Shown here: piece after piece, positions 26,429-35,459 of the stretch
Layout of the letters: the number at the start of each line of letters is the position of its first letter
Numbering within the stretch: the stretch's first letter is position 1
Origin: a virus
Reading direction: 5' to 3' (one strand)
IMG/VR virus record: IMGVR_UViG_3300045988_126262
DNA: 64,000 nucleotides
Notes under the pieces: model-generated
The model's database searches: none
Seen by the model: only the letters and a program-made list of their open reading frames with translations
What the model was told of the DNA's origin: nothing
Made by a program: the position numbers and the translations under genes

Positions 26429-26458
26429 TAGCGGACGTGTCCGGGAGGATTCCCGCTA
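26429..26458 (+). other. Hairpin with loop containing GTCCGGGAGGAT (second copy)
   Basis: Stem TAGCGG (26429-26434) / CCGCTA (26453-26458); loop 12-mer identical to 5074-5085. Confidence 0.4.
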
Positions 26459-26492
26459 TTCCGAACATCGTTAAACAATAAACTTTTTTTAT

Positions 26493-26792
26493 ATGGAAAC
26501 AACCGAATTAAAACAAGATGAGCAGACAGTAGAAGTAATCGAACATCGTAGCGTCGATACCATGCGTAACGCAGTCATCAGTGGACAGACAAGGGAGTTA
26601 TTAATCATGTTGGCAGGATTGCGGGATATAGAGAACTCTTTTTGCAACTGGAAGAACAAGTACGGAATTGTATCAGATAATGATACAGATCACTTTATAC
26701 AACTAACAACCCAATGCGGAACCTTGATACAGGAAAGTATCATTAAGTCTATAAATGACAATTTAGGCCGATTGGATTTTAAGGCGATATGA
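26493..26792 (+). CDS. Hypothetical protein (99 aa)
   Basis: ATG ORF; no motif. Confidence 0.5.
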   Translation: METTELKQDEQTVEVIEHRSVDTMRNAVISGQTRELLIMLAGLRDIENSFCNWKNKYGIVSDNDTDHFIQLTTQCGTLIQESIIKSINDNLGRLDFKAI

Positions 26793-27008
26793 AACGTAAT
26801 ATTTTAAGCATTAACATAGAGATACCGATGTTTATAATATATCGGATCCCAATTTCCTGAACATCTCCCCTCCGAGCTTTCATGCCGGGTGGAGTAAGAC
26901 GAACGACAAGCCGAGAGAGAAATTTTTCTAAAATAGAATAAAAACAGACACGATTGTTTGCTAATTTGGAAACAAATTATTATCTTTGTAAATATAACAA
27001 GAAACGAT

Positions 27009-27350
27009 ATGGCCGGGCATACGATAACCATAATACTAAGCGATGAGGCGAACAGTTTTGTAAGGCAGCAGCCATTCAAGGCACAGCAGAAGATAGCGTA
27101 TAATATTCGTAGAGTGCAGAGTGGTCTAATAGAAAAGGACGTTTTCAAGAAATTGGAAAACTCTGATATATGGGAGTTACGGACGCTTTTCAACGGAATT
27201 TGTTACCGTCTGTTTGCTTTCTGGGACACCAAGAAAGGGGCTTTGGTAGTGGTTACTCACGGGATAGTGAAAAAGACGCAGAAAACCCCTAAAAAGGAGA
27301 TAGAAAAGGCAGAGAGAATAAGGAAAGAATATTTTAATGATAAAAAGTAA
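27009..27350 (+). CDS. higB: RelE/HigB-superfamily toxin (Gp49/DUF891-like)
   Basis: ..IWELRTLFNGICYRLFAFWD..ALVVVTHGIVKKTQKTPKKEIEKA matches the Gp49-like pattern. Track start 26958 is TTG; first ATG is 27009. A TATCTTTG box lies at about 26981. Confidence 0.75.
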   Translation: MAGHTITIILSDEANSFVRQQPFKAQQKIAYNIRRVQSGLIEKDVFKKLENSDIWELRTLFNGICYRLFAFWDTKKGALVVVTHGIVKKTQKTPKKEIEKAERIRKEYFNDKK

Positions 27351-27355
27351 CAGAT

Positions 27356-27688
27356 ATGGCAAAGATGAATTTCACACCAGCAGACAAATTGATAGATGAT
27401 GTATGGGGAAAGGTGGGCACTCCCGAAAGGGACGCTATGGAAGCTCAACTCAAAGATGATTTGCAGGCTTATTACATTGGAGAGGCTATCAAGGCAGAAA
27501 GGCTCAAACAGAACCTCACACAGGAGGAATTAGGCAAAAAAGTAGGCGTGAAACGCTCTCAAATTTGTAAGTTGGAGAGCGGTAAGTGTATAATAACACT
27601 TCCTACTATGAGCAAAGTTTTTAAGGCTTTGGGAATTACAACGGCCACCCTTGATTTGGGAATAGGCGGAAAGGTTGCTTTGTGGTAA
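27356..27688 (+). CDS. higA: XRE-family HTH antitoxin (HigA-like)
   Basis: LKQNLTQEELGKKVGVKRSQICKLESGK HTH; sits 5 nt downstream of the toxin (toxin-first HigBA order). Confidence 0.75.
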   Translation: MAKMNFTPADKLIDDVWGKVGTPERDAMEAQLKDDLQAYYIGEAIKAERLKQNLTQEELGKKVGVKRSQICKLESGKCIITLPTMSKVFKALGITTATLDLGIGGKVALW

Positions 27689-27712
27689 GAATATAAAGCA
27701 GGATCCATAACG

Positions 27713-27740
27713 AGGAGGACGCAAAACGCCCTCCTTTTTT
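27713..27740 (+). terminator. Intrinsic terminator after the HigBA-like operon
   Basis: AGGAGGACG-CAAAA-CGCCCTCCT (one mismatch) followed by TTTTTT. Confidence 0.7.
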
Positions 27741-27850
27741 GTCGCCTTATACTTTAAATTTAGGTCGTGATTAGGTAATAAATAAACTTAAACGAGTTAC
27801 AAATGAAATCATTGCTTCATTCATAATCTTTAATTCAAATCCAGACAATA

Positions 27851-28612
27851 CTATCCTACAATCGAGAGATACCGGCTTAAAGATTCTATTTCAGCCCGTA
27901 TAACGACCTTTTGGAACTCTGCCGGATTGTTCTCCGTATGAGAGGCTTCCAGTGCCTTGTAATAGCTTATTTTGTCCTCGTTGCTGCCTTTGAGATTTAC
28001 CAGTGTATAACCGTTGCGGAGTAAGTATAGATTCATCAGAAGCCGAGATGTACGCCCGTTCCCGTCTATGAACGGGTGTATTCGTACCAACTCATCATGA
28101 AGATAAGCCGCAATGAGCACCGGGTGAATGCCCTGCTCCTCCATTCCGGAAAACCTTGTCATAAAAGCCTCCATTTGTGGTTGTATCAAATACGGCTGTG
28201 GAGGGACATGTGTACTTCCCGAAATCATAACAGGCACGCCCCGATAACGTCCGGCATTCTCTCTGTCTATGCCATGTAGCACAATAGCGTGTATTTCCTT
28301 GATTGTGCGCTCCGATATTTCCATACCTCCCTTTGCAAAGTCCTTTATGTAGTCTATCGCTTCAACGTGGTTAATCGCTTCAAGGTGTTCCCGCATTGAC
28401 TTTCCGGCGATAGTAACCCCCTCGTTGACTACTAACTCCGTTTCTTGCAGTGTGAGCGTATTTCCCTCGATCCGGTTGCTTTCATAGGTGTATTCAATGG
28501 CAAACGCATTCTCTATCTTTTGCAGGGCATCCGGTGGTAATGGGCGCAGCCCCAACAAACGAGCTTTCAACGTGTCGCATTGAAGTAATAGCTTTGTTAT
28601 TTCCTCGTTCAT
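27851..28612 (-). CDS. fic: Fic-domain protein (putative AMPylase), class with N-terminal inhibitory motif
   Basis: Canonical HPFIDGNGRTSR Fic motif; N-terminal SNRIEG fits the (S/T)xxxE(G/N) inhibitory helix. Confidence 0.9.
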   Translation of the reverse strand: MNEEITKLLLQCDTLKARLLGLRPLPPDALQKIENAFAIEYTYESNRIEGNTLTLQETELVVNEGVTIAGKSMREHLEAINHVEAIDYIKDFAKGGMEISERTIKEIHAIVLHGIDRENAGRYRGVPVMISGSTHVPPQPYLIQPQMEAFMTRFSGMEEQGIHPVLIAAYLHDELVRIHPFIDGNGRTSRLLMNLYLLRNGYTLVNLKGSNEDKISYYKALEASHTENNPAEFQKVVIRAEIESLSRYLSIVG

Positions 28613-28615
28613 GGC

Positions 28616-28879
28616 TTAATCTTTTGACTCAATTACCTTTAACTTCGCTCCACATTTAGGACACGTCAATACAGTAGTATCGATATTGGGGCGTACTTCT
28701 TCTGGTGATACAAACAATTCCCATATATTAACTCCTAAATTAGAAGCAATTGAAGTAAGAACTTTAATTGAAGGATTCCCTGATATATGTTGGTTCAATG
28801 CACTTTGGCTAATTCCCATTCTTTCGGCTAACTCTTTTGTAGTTATACCTTTTTGCTCAATAATATCTCTTATTCTCAT
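28616..28879 (-). CDS. XRE HTH protein with C-terminal zinc ribbon (regulator/antitoxin candidate for Fic)
   Basis: KGITTKELAERMGISQSALNQHISG HTH; CPKCGAKL half-ribbon at the C-terminus; 3-nt gap to fic. Confidence 0.7.
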   Translation of the reverse strand: MRIRDIIEQKGITTKELAERMGISQSALNQHISGNPSIKVLTSIASNLGVNIWELFVSPEEVRPNIDTTVLTCPKCGAKLKVIESKD

Positions 28880-28934
28880 ATCCTAAAAGTTATTTCTGTT
28901 ACAAAAGTCGTTTTTTTATTAGTATATGCAAGCT

Positions 28935-29009
28935 ATATCTTGTATAAATAAAGTTAAATACAAGATAAATCTTGCTCAAACCATTGTAAATACAAGATAT
29001 AACTTGTAT
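28935..29009. promoter_or_regulatory. Operator-like inverted repeats upstream of the HTH-fic operon
   Basis: ATATCTTGTAT (28935-28945) / ATACAAGATA (28958-28967), and ATACAAG-N6-CTTGTAT (28990-29009). Confidence 0.5.
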
Positions 29010-29037
29010 CTTTATATCATAAAACTAAAACAAAGAT

Positions 29038-29325
29038 ATGAAAACGAAAATCAACAAATCGCAACTCTTCAAAATGGCATGGTCAATGTATAAACGCTCT
29101 ATCTCGGTTCTCGGCCGTGAGTTCTGCCAGTCGTTCAGTGCTTGTTTGAGGAACGCATGGTTTAAGATGAAAGCGGAAGCCCGCAAGGCAGAAAAAGAGG
29201 CTCGCCGGTTAATGAAAAAGTCGGGACCCGCACAAAAGCCCGAATCGATTGTATTCGACTCAGCAATGGAAAGAGGTATAATAGAGTATTACAGAAACCA
29301 AAGCGGGCGTTATTGCGGAGATTGA
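29038..29325 (+). CDS. Hypothetical basic protein (95 aa)
   Basis: ATG ORF divergent from the fic operon. Confidence 0.5.
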   Translation: MKTKINKSQLFKMAWSMYKRSISVLGREFCQSFSACLRNAWFKMKAEARKAEKEARRLMKKSGPAQKPESIVFDSAMERGIIEYYRNQSGRYCGD

Positions 29326-29470
29326 TACACCAAATACACGTGCTCTTCCAAAACAACAAGAGCGGTGGCCCGGCTATATCACTGTGGAAACAAAAGCCGG
29401 GTCACTTTAATAAAAACCAATAGATTAAACCTATTGTCCGTGATACTCCATTTCATTCATATTTCATTTC

Positions 29471-29606
29471 AAGTTACCAAAAGTTAAACTCCTGATTATG
29501 AGTAAAATAAGGTTGTAAATATTTGGTTAACTTACTGATAATGAGTATCTTTACAATACTAAAACAAACAACATTACTAACAATTAAAAGACAAAGAGCA
29601 ATGAAA
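29471..29606 (+). repeat. Promoter/leader repeat, copy B
   Basis: Identical to copy C over about 136 bp, through ..AAAGAGCAATGAAA. Confidence 0.9.
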
Positions 29607-29939
29607 GCAACTCATATTTTTACAGAGAAATTTGATACAAGAAGAAAACTTGCCAACAGAGCACTGAAAGCAATGAATGACATCTGTGACTACGATAATG
29701 GTACAATTCGCAACCCTTATGAGCTTGCAAGTTCTGTAATGAAAGACGGTAGAACACTTATCCAAACTATCTATGAAGATGGCGAGGTACAATACAATGA
29801 TGGGTGGTATATCGTAGAAGTTGACGAATATTGTATGTATGTTGACTTAACAGGTATTGCTACTAAAGAAATGGGGATTGAGAAGTATGAGTATATTGAC
29901 GAAATCAGCGAATTTGAAGAGATTGAAGTATTAGTATAA
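29601..29939 (+). CDS. Hypothetical protein (112 aa), first gene of cassette B
   Basis: Track ORF 29523 begins on TTG inside the repeat; first ATG is 29601 with the AGAGCAATG context. Confidence 0.55.
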   Translation: MKATHIFTEKFDTRRKLANRALKAMNDICDYDNGTIRNPYELASSVMKDGRTLIQTIYEDGEVQYNDGWYIVEVDEYCMYVDLTGIATKEMGIEKYEYIDEISEFEEIEVLV

Positions 29940-29982
29940 TTTTAACTAGCAGAGCGAAAGCCTTGCACAATATATAAGAGCA

Positions 29983-30627
29983 ATGAACACATATTACAAG
30001 TTTGCGCCAAACGTATTTTTGGCAAAGTGCGAAGAAAAGCATGAAAGAGGTGAGGAAATTCTAGTTACAACCAAGTATGGAAAAGAGAATGAAAGTATCG
30101 TTTTTAATCTGATATTTGAGCGTGACGGATTCTATTATTACTCCATCGTAAGGGCTGACGGATTCAACGTACAAGAATGGGCAAAACGTAGAGCCGAACG
30201 TAGACGTGAATGGTCTGTATCAGCAAATAAAAAAAGTCATGAATATTTCGAAAAGTCAAATAAGGACAGAGATTTTCTTTCACTTGGAGAACCTATTAAA
30301 GTAGGACATCATAGCGAAAGACGACACAGAAAAGCAATAGCGGATGCTTGGAGAAACATGGGTAAAAGCGTTGAATTTAGCGACAAAGCAACAGAACATG
30401 AAAGAGAAGCCGAATACTGGGACAAGCGTGCTACAACCATCAACCTATCTATGCCGGAAAGTATTTACTTTTATGCGCACAAGCTGGAAGAAGCCAAAGA
30501 ATATCATGAAGGTGTAAAGTCAGGCAAATATCCACGTGAACACTCCTACACTCTTACTTATGCCAAAAAAGCAGTAAATGAAGCTCAAAAGAATTACGAT
30601 CTTGCAGTAAAATTATGGGGAGAATAA
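29983..30627 (+). CDS. DUF3560-like protein
   Basis: GEPIKVGHHSERRHRKAIADAW resembles the DUF3560 core seen in plasmid/ICE leading regions (from memory); AGAGCAATG start. Confidence 0.55.
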   Translation: MNTYYKFAPNVFLAKCEEKHERGEEILVTTKYGKENESIVFNLIFERDGFYYYSIVRADGFNVQEWAKRRAERRREWSVSANKKSHEYFEKSNKDRDFLSLGEPIKVGHHSERRHRKAIADAWRNMGKSVEFSDKATEHEREAEYWDKRATTINLSMPESIYFYAHKLEEAKEYHEGVKSGKYPREHSYTLTYAKKAVNEAQKNYDLAVKLWGE

Positions 30628-30630
30628 AAA

Positions 30631-30879
30631 ATGGAAAAGTTGATTAGAAACGATAACGCTTGGAGTGTGATGATCATTACAGGGGATAAACTTGGCTATA
30701 AAAGCGAAGCTTTAGAACTTGCTAAAAAGGTGTTATTGGAGCATTATAGCTTATATCCAAGTCAAATACCTTTTTTATCAGGGGAGGCGACAAGAATACA
30801 CAATTTAATTGCTTATGATAAAAAAGTTTATAAAGCAAACGAAATGGCACAACGCATAATAAAAGAGTTAGGACTATGA
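30631..30879 (+). CDS. Hypothetical protein (82 aa)
   Basis: ATG ORF 3 nt after the upstream stop. Confidence 0.5.
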   Translation: MEKLIRNDNAWSVMIITGDKLGYKSEALELAKKVLLEHYSLYPSQIPFLSGEATRIHNLIAYDKKVYKANEMAQRIIKELGL

Positions 30880-31190
30880 AAACGAAAGTTACAAAAGACG
30901 GTTTTGTCTGGCTTATAGTAGATAAAGACACAGCCACAGCCATATACAAAACTGGAACGCAAGAATTGTATTCTCTATACGACGACGATGCAGAAGGACT
31001 TATCGAAAGTGATGAAGATTTTGAAAGAGCATTACGGAGCAGTTGCCCATTTGGAGTTGAAGTTGGCTACATTAAAGACTTGCTCCCAACCTGTACGAAA
31101 TGTGGTAATTCGCTTTTCCTCTCTCCTGCTTCTGGATATATGTGGCGGTGTAATAAATGTGATGAAGATTATACAAGTAATGAAATATGA
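30876..31190 (+). CDS. Hypothetical zinc-ribbon protein (104 aa)
   Basis: CTKCG..N15..CNKCD motif; ATGA overlap. Confidence 0.55.
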   Translation: MKTKVTKDGFVWLIVDKDTATAIYKTGTQELYSLYDDDAEGLIESDEDFERALRSSCPFGVEVGYIKDLLPTCTKCGNSLFLSPASGYMWRCNKCDEDYTSNEI

Positions 31191-31369
31191 AATATAAATA
31201 CAAATTCAGAATAATCGAAACCTACTCGAAGATAGTGGAGGTAGAAGCAGAAAACATGGATTCCGCTCATGAGAAAGTAGAAGAAATGATAAACACAGAA
31301 GAAATCGACCTTACTGACGATGATTTTGAAGACATAGAAATTTACCCTTATGGAAACCAAGACAAGTAA
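31187..31369 (+). CDS. Hypothetical acidic protein (60 aa)
   Basis: ATGA overlap; strongly acidic. Confidence 0.45.
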   Translation: MKYKYKFRIIETYSKIVEVEAENMDSAHEKVEEMINTEEIDLTDDDFEDIEIYPYGNQDK

Positions 31370-31404
31370 AGCTATATCCTATATCCCTACTCCACTCCGG
31401 CTAT

Positions 31405-31611
31405 TTGAAAGAAGCATTAGCTATATTCTCTACTTTTCGAGTTGGTTTCTCCAAAGAAGAACGCAGGACATTGAAGATAGCCCACGAATGTCTTTCAGGC
31501 AATGCTGGGTTCTATCGTCAACTTGGGATTGATACCAGTGCGGAGATTGAGAAATGCAGGTCGATTTTACTTTCCAAGTATCAGAGAATCAATAAGTTAA
31601 ATAAAGTTTAA
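31405..31611 (+). CDS. Hypothetical protein (68 aa; TTG start, uncertain)
   Basis: Preferred over the overlapping 31350-31532 ORF on amino-acid composition only. Confidence 0.3.
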   Translation: MKEALAIFSTFRVGFSKEERRTLKIAHECLSGNAGFYRQLGIDTSAEIEKCRSILLSKYQRINKLNKV

Positions 31612-31701
31612 TCAGAGTGAATAATAGGCGTAACTCATTGGTATTCAATATATTATTTATATCTTTATATATCAAAAATAACAACTTAAACAACAAGAGC
31701 A

Positions 31702-32013
31702 ATGAAAAAATATCTGTTTTATATTACGAACGATGGAAATATTGGTGTAAGAGAACATCATTTTGATTGGAAAGAAAATGATAAGATTATGACAAATGGT
31801 TCGTCGAGCAGGATTCTGAAAGTTTTTGATGGTAATAGCCACAACATAATGATAGCGAATAAGATAATGAAAACCCTTAATAAGGTTGGTAAAATAAGAA
31901 CGAGACTTGGATATAGAGACGGAATGCCTGCAATTATTCAATCTGGATACAAATGGAGAGATGCTAATGCTAAACTTGAATACGTAAATGAGAATTTACG
32001 TGCTATGATTTAA
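31702..32013 (+). CDS. Hypothetical protein (103 aa)
   Basis: AGAGCAATG start context. Confidence 0.5.
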   Translation: MKKYLFYITNDGNIGVREHHFDWKENDKIMTNGSSSRILKVFDGNSHNIMIANKIMKTLNKVGKIRTRLGYRDGMPAIIQSGYKWRDANAKLEYVNENLRAMI

Positions 32014-32045
32014 GTAATAGATATGTAAACATTCCTAAAAGAGCA

Positions 32046-32321
32046 ATGAGTGAGATAGAACAAATGACATATGAACTTAACCTAATATTACACTCTGATA
32101 CCTATCAGTTTGAAATCGATACAGAAGATTATGTCTTCGGATTCAAGAAAACCATAAGAAAACGAACTAAAAGTTTAGCAAAAGCTATTCAATTACAAGT
32201 TAAGCTAATTAATGATTGCGGGCGATTTTTGTCTGAAACAGTGAGAATCGTATCTGTACGGTTTTACAGGAACGGTGAGTTAAGAAAAGAAGTTCATGTC
32301 AACGAAACAACGCATAAATAA
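32046..32321 (+). CDS. Hypothetical protein (91 aa)
   Basis: AGAGCAATG start context. Confidence 0.5.
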   Translation: MSEIEQMTYELNLILHSDTYQFEIDTEDYVFGFKKTIRKRTKSLAKAIQLQVKLINDCGRFLSETVRIVSVRFYRNGELRKEVHVNETTHK

Positions 32322-32328
32322 TAGAGCA

Positions 32329-32757
32329 ATGGAAATGAAAAGAGCAATGACAAGCCAAGAAAGTTTTGCTATTCTCCGAGAAATTGAAAATCGAAAGTAT
32401 CCCGGAGGCATAAGTCTTACAGATTGGACTAGGCAAATTCAAGAAGAGAAAATTAAAGCCATTAAGGGCCTTGTCCCAGAGGAAGGCTTAGGCTGCACAA
32501 TCTGCTATTATTCAGACAGACGTGCAGCCACGGTTACAAGAATAATCTCTCCATGCAAGATAGAGGTGACATTTAACGAAGTTAGGTGCATCGACTACTA
32601 TGCCGGGGATTATGAGATTTTGCCGAAGCTCAAAGGAGAGCCAAAGGTGTTTACCAAAAGAAGAAATGGATATTGGGTAGCAGAAGGACAGCCAGTCAAG
32701 GGCGGTGTCTTGCTGATGCTGCATTATCAAAGTCATTATATTGACCCAAGTTTTTAA
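32329..32757 (+). CDS. Hypothetical protein (142 aa)
   Basis: The internal ATG at 32329 carries the AGAGCAATG context and avoids overlap with the upstream gene (track start 32296). Confidence 0.55.
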   Translation: MEMKRAMTSQESFAILREIENRKYPGGISLTDWTRQIQEEKIKAIKGLVPEEGLGCTICYYSDRRAATVTRIISPCKIEVTFNEVRCIDYYAGDYEILPKLKGEPKVFTKRRNGYWVAEGQPVKGGVLLMLHYQSHYIDPSF

Positions 32758-32769
32758 AGAATAAGAGCA

Positions 32770-32919
32770 ATGAGGACGGCGACATTGAAAGAGCCATACA
32801 AAGGCTATCGAAACATTATCCTAATAGAATATTGGGGTAACGTATGCAAATGGGAAGTAGAGATTTGCGGAAGTGGTAAACATATCTTCGTTTATGAAGA
32901 TGAATTTGTGGAGGACTAA
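32770..32919 (+). CDS. Small hypothetical protein (49 aa)
   Basis: Own translation MRTATLKEPYKGYRNIILIEYWGNVCKWEVEICGSGKHIFVYEDEFVED; AGAGCAATG start context. Confidence 0.4.
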   Translation: MRTATLKEPYKGYRNIILIEYWGNVCKWEVEICGSGKHIFVYEDEFVED

Positions 32920-32922
32920 ATT

Positions 32923-33174
32923 ATGACATTCGAGGATTTGAAAGAAAGTGACAAGGATAAAATAAAGAACGTTAACCGGCGAAATCGTTATGGATTGTCA
33001 AGCAAACAGCTTGAGCGTCTTATCAAAGAACATAAGAAAGCAATGCAATTAGGCGATGAATATACTTGTTTACTTATAGAATATCGCCTTTGTGACATCA
33101 ATTTTCATACGGAGGTGGATTTGTTGCACGCCGGAGAATATGAAAAAGTCATAGAAATAATAAAAACGTGGTAG
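32923..33174 (+). CDS. Hypothetical protein (83 aa)
   Basis: ATG ORF 3 nt after the upstream stop. Confidence 0.5.
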   Translation: MTFEDLKESDKDKIKNVNRRNRYGLSSKQLERLIKEHKKAMQLGDEYTCLLIEYRLCDINFHTEVDLLHAGEYEKVIEIIKTW

Positions 33175-33193
33175 TTTAGACAATTTTAGCACT

Positions 33194-33230
33194 AAAAGTG
33201 CATGAATTTCATATACTTTTTATATATTTA
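33194..33230 (+). promoter_or_regulatory. Late-type promoter P3: palindrome + -7-like box
   Basis: AAAAGTGCATGAATTTCATATACTTTT (33194-33220), then TATATTTA (33223-33230). Confidence 0.55.
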
Positions 33231-33250
33231 CACCGTAAAAAGAACAAAAA

Positions 33251-33655
33251 ATGAAGATTTTTACATCGTATTTCGGTAATAGCCGAAAACTGAAAGAGGC
33301 GGGAGTTAATATGATTTGCGTAGCAATCGGAAAACCCAGATTTATAGCTGGTATTCCACAAATGCTGAATGTTTGCCCGACTCGTTATATGGTAAGTGGA
33401 CCTTGTTCCCACGATGAATACCTAAAACTTTACGACAGAATATTGGCAAGCCAAGATGCGAACCAAGTCGTGAAACAAATTGAAATGTTAAGCGGAGGAA
33501 AAGACGTTGCTCTTTGTTGCTACGAAAAACCGGGTGATTTCTGCCATCGCCATATTTTGGCAAAATGGATCACAGAAAATACTGGTATTGAAATCACAGA
33601 ATTTGGAGTTGTTGAGAAGAAAGAGCCCAATTATGAACAAGCGAGTTTGTTTTGA
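33251..33655 (+). CDS. DUF488-family protein
   Basis: MKIFTSYFGN.. and ..LCCYEKPGDFCHRHILAKWI match the DUF488 pattern. Confidence 0.65.
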   Translation: MKIFTSYFGNSRKLKEAGVNMICVAIGKPRFIAGIPQMLNVCPTRYMVSGPCSHDEYLKLYDRILASQDANQVVKQIEMLSGGKDVALCCYEKPGDFCHRHILAKWITENTGIEITEFGVVEKKEPNYEQASLF

Positions 33656-33735
33656 AAATAATGCCAACCATCAATAGCGTTTGATGGGATGCTGTCAGAT
33701 TTGCCAAGCAAGCGGTGGTTTGACAGCATTGGTTT

Positions 33736-33808
33736 GGTTGAATGGCGAAGTGATTAACGCAACGGTCTGCAAAACCGTTATTCGTGGGTTTGAATCCCAC
33801 TTCAACCT
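33736..33808 (+). tRNA. tRNA-Cys (GCA)
   Basis: Hand-folded cloverleaf: acceptor GGTTGAA/TTCAACC, anticodon arm ACGGT-CTGCAAA-ACCGT, T-arm GTGGG-TTTGAAT-CCCAC, discriminator U73. Atypical features are U56 and a D-loop without GG. Confidence 0.7.
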
Positions 33809-33864
33809 CAGAGGACCGAAGTACAAGGAAGGGCAGTGGAAATTCTGTGCAGGCTGCCCATATT

Positions 33865-33934
33865 GCGGAAATAGCTCATCGGCAGAGCGTTGGCATTCCA
33901 ACCAAAGAGTGGGGTTCGATTCCCTGTTTCCGCT
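33865..33934 (+). tRNA. tRNA-Gly(UCC)-like gene with an irregular anticodon arm
   Basis: Perfect acceptor GCGGAAA/TTTCCGC, D-arm GCTC-ATCGGCA-GAGC, T-loop TTCGATT. The anticodon region TTGG-CATTCCAA-CCAA gives a 4-bp stem with an 8-nt loop. Confidence 0.5.
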
Positions 33935-34157
33935 CAACCCTTATAGTAGCGATAAGCAAAAGCAAGAACATTAAAGCTTGTGCAGTTTACGGGGTGATAG
34001 AAATTGCTATCTGACACGACTGAAAGAAGCCGAAGAATTGCATAAGTGTTCTTGTAAGTAGCTTGAAGAATGATTGAATTTGTGTTTAAGCCTGTCGGGA
34101 ATACGCTCGACAGGCATTTAACGCAAAATGTATATGAAGTTATATACAACTCAGTAA

Positions 34158-35459
34158 ATGTTTACAGGAACGACACCACCAGAAGTTAAATTGCTCCTTC
34201 AAGATTTGATGAGAGGAGTAAAAGGGAAAGATGTTTTTATCGGATGTTCAGGAAACTACACCACCGATAAAATCATGTCAGCGATGGGTTATACTGTACA
34301 TTCAAACGATGTAAGCCTATATTCTAAATTGATAGCGGATTTACTGCTTGATACTAGCACAGAAGTAGAGTGTATTAATCCTGAATTAAAAAACGTTTTT
34401 GATACATGGGAAGAAACCAAATACAAAAAACTTGTTCAGGTTATGTTCGCTTTAAAAGTAGCGCAATTCCATCAACGTAAGAATGATTATCAAGAAGAAA
34501 TGTTCAACGCATTCATTGAACAATCTAAGATTTATTATGATAATACTATCAAGAAGCTAGAGAAAGGTGCGTTAGATTTTTCCATTCAAAGTTTTTACTA
34601 CGGGGATTTTTTGGACTTCCTAAAAATGAAAAGAGGTAAAGGTGTGGGAATTAGTTTTCCACCGACTTACAAAGGGGGATATGAAAAATTATTTAGTTAT
34701 GTCGAAGAAAGTTTTAAATATGAACATGCACCCTATAATATATTCGATCCCAAAGAAGGAGGAGCTGTTTTTAAGGAACTGTTAGATAACGATGAAAATA
34801 TCATTTATTCAGACAGATACTTTAATATATTGGAAGGGTACTTGGTCGGGAAAATAAGGCTTGGTTCAAATAAAAATCCTCTATTTGCTTATTCAAGCCT
34901 ACAAACGAATAACCATTATTACATTGAGCGAGATAAATGCGTAAAGCCTTCCCATATCCATATACTTCCGGTAGATTATCAATTTACAACCGACACAGTA
35001 ATTACAGTTCGCCCATGTGCCGTTAATGACGTGAACTATTATAAGGCATTCTACATGGCAAACAAGGTCAATTACACAACAGGCGGAGATTTTGGCCTTG
35101 TGTTCATGGCAGACGGTATGGCTTTTGGGTTTACATCATTCAGCAAGCAGTTATCCACATTGTCGCAGATATTTATGCAAAGCGATTTTGTGGTTAATTC
35201 TGAGACCCAGCGTTTGAGCAAATTGCTTATCATGCTGGTGAAATCCCACGATGTCCGGAGGTTGATAGCACGGAAGATGTATAATTATTATGATGGAGTG
35301 AAGACTACTGTATATACCACCAGTCCTGTATCGATGAAATACAGGGGGGTATTCAACCTTGAGCGGAGAGATGAAGGTAAATTGATATATTCTTCCATCT
35401 TTACAGAGAAATCATTAAACGAACTATATGCGCTATGGATAAGAAAGTACAAGAAGTAA
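34158..35459 (+). CDS. Putative DNA methyltransferase-like protein with a large C-terminal extension
   Basis: VFIGCSGNY (motif I-like) and ISFPPTYKGGY ((D/N/S)PPY-like); assignment is tentative. Confidence 0.6.
   Translation: MFTGTTPPEVKLLLQDLMRGVKGKDVFIGCSGNYTTDKIMSAMGYTVHSNDVSLYSKLIADLLLDTSTEVECINPELKNVFDTWEETKYKKLVQVMFALKVAQFHQRKNDYQEEMFNAFIEQSKIYYDNTIKKLEKGALDFSIQSFYYGDFLDFLKMKRGKGVGISFPPTYKGGYEKLFSYVEESFKYEHAPYNIFDPKEGGAVFKELLDNDENIIYSDRYFNILEGYLVGKIRLGSNKNPLFAYSSLQTNNHYYIERDKCVKPSHIHILPVDYQFTTDTVITVRPCAVNDVNYYKAFYMANKVNYTTGGDFGLVFMADGMAFGFTSFSKQLSTLSQIFMQSDFVVNSETQRLSKLLIMLVKSHDVRRLIARKMYNYYDGVKTTVYTTSPVSMKYRGVFNLERRDEGKLIYSSIFTEKSLNELYALWIRKYKK

Noticed and set aside
29523-29600. Identical N-terminal peptide MVNLLIMSIFTILKQTTLLTIKRQRAMK on two proteins (29523 and 38390), resembling a shared signal peptide
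   Set aside because: Both start on TTG inside the 125-136-bp promoter/leader repeat. The third repeat copy (16914) has no such ORF. The first ATG with the AGAGCAATG context follows the repeat.
33681-34014. Track ORFs 33681-33974, 33784-34014 and 33695-33937 (minus strand)
   Set aside because: They are translations of the tRNA cluster and its flanking hairpins.
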